A stretch of DNA of 35,155 nucleotides from an uncultured Gammaproteobacteria bacterium (GTDB lineage Bacteria > Patescibacteriota > Patescibacteriia > UBA9934 > GWF2-40-263). Positions 25,609-33,358 of this stretch are shown piece by piece. Below the pieces are notes generated by a model that did no database searches, was not told where the DNA came from, and was given only the letters and a program-made list of their open reading frames with translations. Where the stretch lies: NCBI GenBank assembly GCA_964588505.1, contig CAZPPQ010000003.1:1-35155 (forward strand), in the 5' to 3' direction. Position 1 is the stretch's first letter. Each line of letters starts with the position of its first letter. Position numbers and translations under genes: made by a program.

Positions 25609-27378
25609 ATGGAAGAGGAAAAGAATCATGGACGGTGGTTCGTCGCGTCAGGCACGACACAGACATACACGCGCCGCGCGCGCTTGTTGCGTCTCGCGTT
25701 TGCATTGCTTGCGGCCATCATTTTGATGCGCGTCGCTCTTCTGCAAGTGTTTGATCACGATGTCTACAGGGCTCTTGCAAGCGGTCAACATGAGCTGTTT
25801 GAACAACTTTTCCCAACACGCGGCTCCATTTTGGCGCAAGATCTCAAAGATAAGACAACCGTAACGATCGCGATGAACGAGCAGGCAGGATTCATTTTTG
25901 CCGAACCGCGGAATGTAAAGGATCCAGAGGGTGTTGCGCGAAAGCTCGGAACATTGCTCGGATACGAAGAAGATAAAATCGCGGATCTTTGGAGGAGACT
26001 GTCAGATAAGCAGGACCCGTATGAGCCGATAGAGCATCGGGTGCCGAGCGAGGTGATGGAAAAGATTAAGAGACTCGAACTCTCGGGCGTTCGCGCGTCG
26101 CTTGAAACCGTGCGTTTATATCCGGAGCGCACGCTTGGCGGTCATATGCTCGGATTTTTAGGATATGATGAGACCGGCCGCCAAACCGGCAAATACGGCA
26201 TTGAAGGATATTTTGAGCGGGATCTTGCAGGCAAGATGGGGTTTCTCAAGTCCGAGCGCGATATTTCCGGAAGGATTATCGCGCTCGGCGAACGCTCGCT
26301 TGAGCCGGCGGTTGACGGAAGCGATGTTATCCTTACGATTGACCGAACAATCCAACATATCGCCTGCACCGCGTTGCAGAAAGCTGTCACATCGTATCAG
26401 GCCGATGGCGGCAGCGTTGTCATCATAGAACCTTCCACAGGAAAAGTGCTCGCTATGTGCGGTGCGCCGGATTTTGATCCGAATCTGTACCGCGAAACTG
26501 CGGATTTGAATGTTTTTAATAATCCGGCCACTTTTAAGGCGTACGAGCCAGGCTCGATTTTCAAGCCGATCACTATGGCCGCGGCGCTTGACTCCGGAGC
26601 CGTCTTACCGTCAACTTCATTTGAAGATACAGGCGCGATTGAAATAGACGACAAAACGATCAGAAATTCAGACGGGGTCGCAAACGGGCCGCAGACCATG
26701 ACGCAAGTTCTCGAAAAGTCGTTGAACACCGGCGTGATTTTTGCCATGCGCAAAACAGGACGCTCGGCATTCGTGGATTATGTGAAGCGGTTCGGATTCG
26801 GACAGGCGACCGGCATCGAGCTTGAGACAGAGGTTGCCGGCAATATCAGCTCGCTTAAATCAAAAGGGGAGATTTTCGCGGCAACGGCTTCGTTTGGTCA
26901 GGGGATTACCGTGACGCCTTTGCAAATGGCCAGCGCGTTTGCGGCAATCGCGAACGGCGGTGTTTTGAAACAGCCATACATCGTTGAAGAAATTCGTCGT
27001 TCGGATGGGTCTGTTGAAAAACGAGAGCCAAGGGATATCCGGCGCGTGATTGAAACGAAATCAGCCCGCCTGCTAAGTGCGATGCTTGTTGCCGTTGTTG
27101 AAAACGGACACGGAAGACGCGCCGGCGTTCCCGGATATTACATGGCCGGAAAAACCGGAACCGCGCAGGTTGCGAAAAAGGACGGAGTCGGATATGAAGA
27201 GTGGACAAACATCGGATCGTTCGGCGGATTCGGTCCGGCAGAGAACCCGCGGTTTGCCATGGTTACTCGTATTGACAATCCGCATGATGTCCCTTGGGCC
27301 GAGACAACCGCTGCCCCGTTGTTTGGGGAAATCGCCGCGTTTCTGCTACAGTATTTCGAGATCCCCCCGACACGATGA
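25609..27378 (+). CDS. ftsI: Class B penicillin-binding protein (FtsI-like transpeptidase)
   Basis: TM, RGSI, R.YP, GIE, EPGSIFK (SxxK), SLN (SxN), KTGTAQ. Confidence 0.9.
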   Translation: MEEEKNHGRWFVASGTTQTYTRRARLLRLAFALLAAIILMRVALLQVFDHDVYRALASGQHELFEQLFPTRGSILAQDLKDKTTVTIAMNEQAGFIFAEPRNVKDPEGVARKLGTLLGYEEDKIADLWRRLSDKQDPYEPIEHRVPSEVMEKIKRLELSGVRASLETVRLYPERTLGGHMLGFLGYDETGRQTGKYGIEGYFERDLAGKMGFLKSERDISGRIIALGERSLEPAVDGSDVILTIDRTIQHIACTALQKAVTSYQADGGSVVIIEPSTGKVLAMCGAPDFDPNLYRETADLNVFNNPATFKAYEPGSIFKPITMAAALDSGAVLPSTSFEDTGAIEIDDKTIRNSDGVANGPQTMTQVLEKSLNTGVIFAMRKTGRSAFVDYVKRFGFGQATGIELETEVAGNISSLKSKGEIFAATASFGQGITVTPLQMASAFAAIANGGVLKQPYIVEEIRRSDGSVEKREPRDIRRVIETKSARLLSAMLVAVVENGHGRRAGVPGYYMAGKTGTAQVAKKDGVGYEEWTNIGSFGGFGPAENPRFAMVTRIDNPHDVPWAETTAAPLFGEIAAFLLQYFEIPPTR

Positions 27379-27380
27379 AA

Positions 27381-27480
27381 GGCTCTAGGCTTTGGGCTCT
27401 AGGTCTCGGCTCTGCATTTTCTTTGTCAGCCCACAAAGAAAATGGGGCGTGGGTTTAAGAAGGGGGGGAGACCCCTTTAA
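27381..27480. repeat. GGCTCTA heptamer repeat followed by two small hairpins
   Basis: ggctcta ggctttg ggctcta; cattttctttgt/acaaagaaaatg; aagggg/cccctt. Confidence 0.5.
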
Positions 27481-27492
27481 AAATATTGAAAT

Positions 27493-28794
27493 ATGAAATA
27501 TTTTTTTCAATCCATTCTCGCATGGTTAGCGAAACGCGTCATAACGAAGTATGCTCCGGTTGTCGTTGCTGTGACAGGATCGGTCGGAAAAACGTCTACG
27601 CGCAACGCGATCGCGGCGGTGCTCGCCGCGAAGTTTCGCGTGCGTTCGCCGAAAGAAAATTACAACAACGAGTTTGGCGTGCCGCTCACGATTATCGGCG
27701 CTATGTCACCAGGACGATCTGTCTTCGGGTGGCTTGCTGTTTTTATGAAAGCCGCCGGATTGTTTTTCGTCCGCGACCGATCGTATCCGAATATGCTTGT
27801 GCTTGAGTTCGGGGTGGATCATCCTGGTGATATGGTACATTTATGCGATCTCGCACGGCCTAATGTCGCCGTGTTTACAGCTGTCTCGCCTGTGCACGCG
27901 GAACATTTCGGGTCTCTTGAGGCTTTGATAAAAGAAAAGGCCGTGATGATCAAAGCCGTGCCAGAGGATGGACTGGTCGTGCTGAACGCGGATGATCCAA
28001 AAGTGATGGCAGAGCAAGGCGCGGCAAAAGCCAGCGTCCTTACATTCGGTTTTTCCGCGATTTCCGATATTCGCGGAGAGAATGTGAGTATGAAGACGCG
28101 CGAAGACGGATTTTTTGAAGCGCACGAGATATTTGCCGAGTTGTCGTTCGATGTGATTGATGATGATGGACGCGAGACGGTCAGGCTCGAAAACAGATTG
28201 GGCGCAGGAGTGATGAACGCCGTCCTTGCGGCTGTTGCGGTCTCGAAGCATTTCGGTATAACGCTTGAGGAAATCATTCCGCTCGTAAAAAACATTCCAA
28301 TCCAGCCGGGACGATTGAATTTGCTTGCCGGCATCAAAGGCTCGCTTATCTTGGATGATTCCTACAACGCCGCTCCGGCATCTATGAATGTTGCGCTTGA
28401 AGCGCTCGGAATGTTTTCTCCATTTGAATCTTCTCGTCGTATCGCGGTTTTGGGAGCTATGGCCGAGCTCGGAGCATATAGCGCGGAGGCCCATCATGAG
28501 GTTGGCAAACGTGCGGCTCATGTCGCGGATTTGTTGGTTGTTGTCGGAGAAAAGGCGAAAGGGATTGCCGTCGGCGCAAAAGGGGCCGGGCTTATGGATG
28601 CGCAGATCCAGTGGTTCGCGGATTCGATTGAGGCCGGGCGGGAATTGGACAGGCAGATAAGCAAGGGCGACATCGTGCTCGTGAAAGGTTCGCAGAGCGC
28701 GCGTATGGAGTATGTGACAAAAGATCTTATGGCCGACTCGCTTCGGGCTTCGGAGTTGCTCGTGCGGCAGTACGGGAAGTGGCTGAAGGAATGA
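27493..28794 (+). CDS. murF: UDP-N-acetylmuramoyl-tripeptide--D-Ala-D-Ala ligase
   Basis: VTGSVGKTST, NYNNEFGVPLT, LEFG, DDSYNAAP, LGAMAELG, VKGS. Confidence 0.95.
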   Translation: MKYFFQSILAWLAKRVITKYAPVVVAVTGSVGKTSTRNAIAAVLAAKFRVRSPKENYNNEFGVPLTIIGAMSPGRSVFGWLAVFMKAAGLFFVRDRSYPNMLVLEFGVDHPGDMVHLCDLARPNVAVFTAVSPVHAEHFGSLEALIKEKAVMIKAVPEDGLVVLNADDPKVMAEQGAAKASVLTFGFSAISDIRGENVSMKTREDGFFEAHEIFAELSFDVIDDDGRETVRLENRLGAGVMNAVLAAVAVSKHFGITLEEIIPLVKNIPIQPGRLNLLAGIKGSLILDDSYNAAPASMNVALEALGMFSPFESSRRIAVLGAMAELGAYSAEAHHEVGKRAAHVADLLVVVGEKAKGIAVGAKGAGLMDAQIQWFADSIEAGRELDRQISKGDIVLVKGSQSARMEYVTKDLMADSLRASELLVRQYGKWLKE

Positions 28795-28880
28795 GTTTTG
28801 AAAGACTCTTGCGTATTTTTTGTGTTTAGTTAAGATGAGTTGGCTGTACTCACACAGAACCACAAAAAGGAGGATGAACC

Positions 28881-29408
28881 ATGTCAGACAATGTAAGAGT
28901 AGAAACATTGAGACGTCTGATTCTGGACAGCGTCGATCCTGCCACGGGTTCTCAAGAAAACGAATCACCGGAAGCCGTATTGGCACGAGAGTGGTTTGAG
29001 GCTGGATTTTCTCGCGAAGTGCTGTTCGAACTCATTCTGGTTTTTTTCGAAACGCTGTTAGTGGCGTTGAGGGACAGAAAAGCTGAAGCGGTTTTGCGCG
29101 GCCTGCGTCTGGCCGGACTCATTGCTGACCCTCTGCTTTACGACCCGGTGCTGTCCGTGTACAATCTTGCGCCCATCGCGATAGAACCAAAGCTTGCCAC
29201 GGATATTCGTTTGCAGGCGCTTGAGGCGCTTTGGAAGATCAGCGCGGCTGGAGTGCGGAAGGATCCGGTTCTCGCCGCCCGGGCAAAAGCTTTTTGGCTC
29301 GCGCTCATTGAGATCAAGCCAGTGTCGAGCGTGTTCTCATTTATGCCCAAAAGAGATTTGGACAAAGCCGAGGCACGCCGTATTATTGACGGGACTTTCG
29401 GCGGTTGA
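28881..29408 (+). CDS. Hypothetical helical (HEAT-like) protein
   Basis: SD aaaggagg, own terminator. Confidence 0.7.
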   Translation: MSDNVRVETLRRLILDSVDPATGSQENESPEAVLAREWFEAGFSREVLFELILVFFETLLVALRDRKAEAVLRGLRLAGLIADPLLYDPVLSVYNLAPIAIEPKLATDIRLQALEALWKISAAGVRKDPVLAARAKAFWLALIEIKPVSSVFSFMPKRDLDKAEARRIIDGTFGG

Positions 29409-29418
29409 GCTCTCTTTT

Positions 29419-29447
29419 CCGGACATCAATATGTCCGGTTTTTGTTT
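29419..29447 (+). terminator. Rho-independent terminator
   Basis: ccggacat-caat-atgtccgg followed by a T tract. Confidence 0.8.
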
Positions 29448-29507
29448 GTTGGGGTCATTGTTGGGGTCAGGTCTTGGGATGTGAATTTGTTCAGGCCATG
29501 TTATGAG

Positions 29508-29533
29508 ATAAAAAATCGGCCGATGGGCCGATT
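29508..29533 (-). terminator. Rho-independent terminator
   Basis: A tract followed by aatcggcc...ggccgatt. Confidence 0.7.
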
Positions 29534-29547
29534 GAGTCTAGCGTCTC

Positions 29548-29961
29548 TTATTTAACAATTTGGAGATGTCTGTGGCCGTGCCTGATTGGTTGTATGCCAG
29601 TGAAACCTTCAAGACGCGTGAGAACCTCACCGTTTTTGGTTATGATCGCGAGATCCCTCCCGAACTCTTCTGCATCGAGAGCGACGAAGAACAAAGCAAT
29701 GGCGCGGCGAAAAAATTCTTCAATCGATCCCTCTGTCTGTTCAGCGCGCAGGTTTAGGGCTTCTCCTAACTGTTTGCTAATGTTGATTGTTAAGATGTAG
29801 CGCTCATCTTTCAATGACGCGATTGGAGAAGGTTGCGGATTGGCTTTTGGCGAGGGAAAAAAGAAACTGGAAAGACAAAGCGAGATTATCCCAATGATTC
29901 CAAACATCCCAGCGCCCACTAATATCATGAGAAACAAATTACCCCAATAGTCTTCTCTCAT
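29548..29961 (-). CDS. Membrane protein with ribbon-helix-helix-like domain
   Basis: N-terminal TM, then LTINISKQLGEALNLRAEQTEGSIEEFFRRAI (CopG/RHH pattern); SD ggagg. Confidence 0.6.
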   Translation of the reverse strand: MREDYWGNLFLMILVGAGMFGIIGIISLCLSSFFFPSPKANPQPSPIASLKDERYILTINISKQLGEALNLRAEQTEGSIEEFFRRAIALFFVALDAEEFGRDLAIITKNGEVLTRLEGFTGIQPIRHGHRHLQIVK

Positions 29962-30056
29962 ATTGATTCCTCCATGGGTTGGGGGTTAAAAGAACGCCAC
30001 GTCAAGACGTTATAGCAAAAGAAATAGAAACGTCAAGGCTTGACTATGTTTGTGGA

Positions 30057-30083
30057 ATAAAAAACCGCCAAGATGGTTGGCGG
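30057..30083 (-). terminator. Rho-independent terminator
   Basis: ataaaaaa followed by ccgccaa-gatgg-ttggcgg. Confidence 0.7.
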
Positions 30084-30400
30084 AAAGTAGTAAATGTTGT
30101 CAACGGCGCGGAAGTGGATCTTCTGGCGACCGAATCGCGAATGACCATTGCTGTTCTTTGTATTGTTCTCGAAGAATCCTGCGAAGCTCATCGTAACTTG
30201 TCGCAGTTACAACGACAGGCTCTCCTTCTCTTGTATCGAGCAAGGCAATGTGCTCTTTTTTTGGAAGTACGATTTGGGAATGCTGTATTTTTACAGCATA
30301 TCATAAACTTTTGGTTAACGCAAAAAAATATCGCGTATGCCGCAGGGCATGCGCTCGCATAATTACCAAAATACCGTCCGGCAAAAACCGAACGGTATTT

Positions 30401-30476
30401 TGGTGACCCTACCGGGACTCGAACCCGGGTTTGCTCCGTGAGAGGGAGCCGTCCTAAACCGCTAGACGATAGGGCC
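30401..30476 (-). tRNA. tRNA-Glu (anticodon CTC), CCA encoded
   Basis: GGCCCTATCGTCTAGCGGTTTAGGACGGCTCC-CT-CTC-AC-GGAGCAAACCCGGGTTCGAGTCCCGGTAGGGTCACCA forms a cloverleaf. Confidence 0.97.
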
Positions 30477-30530
30477 GCGAAAAAGGTGCGGCTATAATAG
30501 GCGATGGCGGCGAAGAAATCAAGAGATGGA

Positions 30531-30564
30531 ATAAAAAAATACATCCCGTAAAGTAAGGATGTAT
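30531..30564 (-). terminator. Rho-independent terminator
   Basis: A tract followed by atacatcc...ggatgtat. Confidence 0.7.
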
Positions 30565-30570
30565 GGCGTG

Positions 30571-30810
30571 TTAGGCCTTCGGAGCCTCGTCAATGTGGAT
30601 GATATTTCCCTCGAATTGTGCAGGATTTAGTGGATTTTCGTTGGGTCCGAAGATGTTCATAAGATCGAACATCTGGAAACGGCAGAATCCACGTTCATCT
30701 TCATTGAGAAGTTGTGGTTCTATATTGCGATCGATAAAATGATCGGCATAAGTCGCGCGTCCTTCCCGTGTCAATTGAACCCACACAAAATCGTTTACGT
30801 TGATTTGCAC
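30571..30810 (-). CDS. Small phage-like hypothetical protein
   Basis: NVNDFVWVQLT..G...D..GF..FQ..DLM..FG pattern recalled from phage hypothetical proteins; GTG start with SD aaaggag. Confidence 0.65.
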   Translation of the reverse strand: MQINVNDFVWVQLTREGRATYADHFIDRNIEPQLLNEDERGFCRFQMFDLMNIFGPNENPLNPAQFEGNIIHIDEAPKA

Positions 30811-30923
30811 GATTTTCTCCTTTGATTGGGACAATTCCCAAGTAAAGGCTTATCATTTTTTCTTTTTTTCTGTCAAGTTAGTGAACTACTTCACTTCGCC
30901 CTTGTCGGAGTTTCATTAGGGGA

Positions 30924-30956
30924 TAAAAAACACATCCCATGATGTAGGGATATGTG
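30924..30956 (-). terminator. Rho-independent terminator
   Basis: A tract followed by cacatccc...gggatatgtg; similar to 30531-30564. Confidence 0.65.
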
Positions 30957-30963
30957 CGACGTT

Positions 30964-31422
30964 TTAGGACTTTTGCACAACTTGGAAGTACGCATCGATG
31001 ATGCCGGTATCATCCGGAATCACCATAGAATCGAATCCTTGTTCTTCCGCCGTGTCATCGTCTTCTTGTTCATCCGGTTTCTTCGTTTCGTTCTCTTCCA
31101 TCATTGCCATGGTCCTTTCCAAGATCCTCCCAATGGTCTCGAGAACTTTTGCACTCACTTTTTCGCAGGTGACAGAGGAGTAGTCAAGCCTGAATGGCTC
31201 CCCCATAGCTTCAAGGATCTGATTCAGAAGGTACGCGAGGTAGGCTATATAGGCCGGATCATTGTGGTGTGTGGAGAGCAAAGGAGTAGCATCAAGTCGT
31301 TTGTTCCAAGATCCGATGTTTCCGTATACGTTCTCACGGCGGATCGTTCCAACGCAATTAATGCAAATTTTTTCTCCTATCTGAAGTCCTCGAAGCGAAA
31401 AAGGGACTCTAAACTGAGACAT
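30964..31422 (-). CDS. Hypothetical protein with acidic C-terminus
   Basis: SD gaaaggag, own terminator. Confidence 0.7.
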   Translation of the reverse strand: MSQFRVPFSLRGLQIGEKICINCVGTIRRENVYGNIGSWNKRLDATPLLSTHHNDPAYIAYLAYLLNQILEAMGEPFRLDYSSVTCEKVSAKVLETIGRILERTMAMMEENETKKPDEQEDDDTAEEQGFDSMVIPDDTGIIDAYFQVVQKS

Positions 31423-31496
31423 GACTGACTCCTTTCCTATGGGCTTATGGGATGATTCCCAAACAGAGTTTTACGCTTGTTCCTTTATTCTCTCAA

Positions 31497-31526
31497 CAAA
31501 AAATCTCTCCTTGCAAGAAGGAGAGA
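31497..31526 (-). terminator. Rho-independent terminator
   Basis: A tract followed by tctctcctt...aaggagaga. Confidence 0.7.
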
Positions 31527-31540
31527 CAAGAGAGATGCGT

Positions 31541-32113
31541 CTAGCGGCGCGCGAATTTTGTTGAAGTACCGGGCCGTGAATGAATTATCACGACTCCGGC
31601 GAAGCGGCCGATCGGAGTACGGACGATCTCAACGCGCTCGCACGATTTGAGGTTGACCGGCTTGCCCGTGTCGAGACAGAGGAACCGACCGTCGAGGTGT
31701 ACGCGCCAGCGTTGGTTGAACATGCGTCCGATGTTTTCGCGATAGAAGATCGCGAGTTGTGTGCGTCCGCGTTCGACATTGCTGTAGTATTGCACGGTCT
31801 CGCAGGCATCATACGCGACGCATTTTTCCGGTGTTGCGTAGACATCGCACATGGGCCGCGTGGCGCAGGCCAGCTGAAATCCTTTTCGTCCGGTCGGATC
31901 CGTGTTCACGATCCAGTCGGTTCCGAATTGGGTCAGAACAAACTCCGGATTGGCAACGATCAGCGCGGCCGATTGAGATCGAACAGAAAGCGGCGGGCTG
32001 ATTGGTCTTGTCAGAACGACCGCGTTCTCACGCGCTCTCGTGATCTGCCCGGTTGTGGCGCACGCAGTCAGAAAAGAAAAAAAGATCAGAATGAACTGCT
32101 TTTTTGTTTGCAC
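31541..32113 (-). CDS. Putative Cys-rich lipoprotein
   Basis: Signal peptide with lipobox LTAC, six further Cys; SD aaggagg. Confidence 0.7.
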   Translation of the reverse strand: MQTKKQFILIFFSFLTACATTGQITRARENAVVLTRPISPPLSVRSQSAALIVANPEFVLTQFGTDWIVNTDPTGRKGFQLACATRPMCDVYATPEKCVAYDACETVQYYSNVERGRTQLAIFYRENIGRMFNQRWRVHLDGRFLCLDTGKPVNLKSCERVEIVRTPIGRFAGVVIIHSRPGTSTKFARR

Positions 32114-32143
32114 TTTCTTCCTCCTTGGTTGAATGCGGAGGCA

Positions 32144-32172
32144 AGCATATCAGAAGCGATTTTTCTTGTCAA
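32144..32172 (-). promoter_or_regulatory. Sigma70-type promoter
   Basis: TTGACA-N17-TATGCT. Confidence 0.6.
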
Positions 32173-32185
32173 TCGCAACCGTTCG

Positions 32186-33301
32186 TCATCGGACAGATTG
32201 ATAGCCGCCAGGTATGCCGTGCGGAGAGAATACGATTTGCCACAGCTGATTTTGGCGCGCGCGGAACGAGCCGGCGCAGGAAAGCAAATAAAACCGCCAC
32301 AGGCGGAAGAACCGGTCTCCGTATGTTTCGCGGAGCGACGGCCACGCGCGTTCGAAATTCGCATCCCATGCCATGAGCGTTTTGTCATAATCCGTTCCAA
32401 AGCTATGCCAGTCTTCCATCACAAACAATCCTTCGGCCGCACGCGTGATTTGCGCGGCAGATGGGAGCATGGAATTCGGGAAAATGTATTTTTCGATCCA
32501 CGGATCCGTGGATCGCACGGATTGGTTTCCGCCGATCGTGTGGAGGAGAAAGATTCCGTCCGGAGCAAGGCATCGTCGAACCATACTCATGTACGTCCGA
32601 TAATTTTTGTATCCAACATGCTCGAACATGCCGAGTGAGACGATGTGATCGAACACACTGCGCGTATGACGATAATCTTGCAGGAAGATTTCAACCGGCA
32701 GTCCTTTGCATCGTTCGCGCGCGAGTGTTGCCTGTTCTTTTGAGATCGTGATCCCGACGACGCTCGCGCCGTAGCGTTCAGCCGCAAATGACGCGAAACT
32801 TCCCCAGCCGCATCCGATATCCAGCACGCGCTGTCCGGCTTTGAGGCCGATCTTCCGGCAGACAAGATCAAGCTTCGCTTCCTGCGCTTCATCGAGCGTT
32901 GTCGCTTGCGACCAGTAACCGCAAGTGTAGGTGAGGCGTGCGTCAAGCATGGCGCGATACAGATCATTGCCAGCATCGTAATGCGTTTCGCCGACGCGAA
33001 ATGTGCGGCGCCCTTTTTGGCGGTTTGAAACAGAGGCAACAATCCAGCTCCAGATGAGAGCCGCGTTCGGACGCAAGGCCGAACGCGCGTCGGCACGCAC
33101 GAGACGCGCAATAAGCTCATCCAACCGTTCGCAATCCCACCAGCCATCCACATAGGATTCGCCGAACCCAAGTGTGCCGCCGCGAAGGACGCGCGCGTAA
33201 AATGCGTCGTTGTGTATTTGTAGATCCCACGGCCTGGTTCCGTTGAGTTTTACATCAGCCGTTTCAAGGACCGAGAGAATGGGATGCGGAAATGTATTCA
33301 T
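32186..33301 (-). CDS. cfa: Cyclopropane-fatty-acyl-phospholipid synthase
   Basis: GFGESYVDGWW, HYDAGNDLY, YTCGYW, LDIGCGWG, SLGMFEHVG, KYIFP, YLLSCAGSF. Confidence 0.95.
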   Translation of the reverse strand: MNTFPHPILSVLETADVKLNGTRPWDLQIHNDAFYARVLRGGTLGFGESYVDGWWDCERLDELIARLVRADARSALRPNAALIWSWIVASVSNRQKGRRTFRVGETHYDAGNDLYRAMLDARLTYTCGYWSQATTLDEAQEAKLDLVCRKIGLKAGQRVLDIGCGWGSFASFAAERYGASVVGITISKEQATLARERCKGLPVEIFLQDYRHTRSVFDHIVSLGMFEHVGYKNYRTYMSMVRRCLAPDGIFLLHTIGGNQSVRSTDPWIEKYIFPNSMLPSAAQITRAAEGLFVMEDWHSFGTDYDKTLMAWDANFERAWPSLRETYGDRFFRLWRFYLLSCAGSFRARQNQLWQIVFSPHGIPGGYQSVR

Positions 33302-33358
33302 AAGACTCGCGACCTCATAAACATAACATAATGCGAGAAATATGTTATACTCTCTATT

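Noticed and set aside
27841-28986. 381-aa antisense ORF
   Set aside because: Shadow of murF.
29979-30544. 127-aa plus-strand and 118-aa minus-strand ORFs
   Set aside because: They run through a terminator or the tRNA-Glu gene and lack initiation signals.
31580-32638. 352-aa plus-strand ORF
   Set aside because: Antisense to both the lipoprotein gene and cfa, with no motifs.
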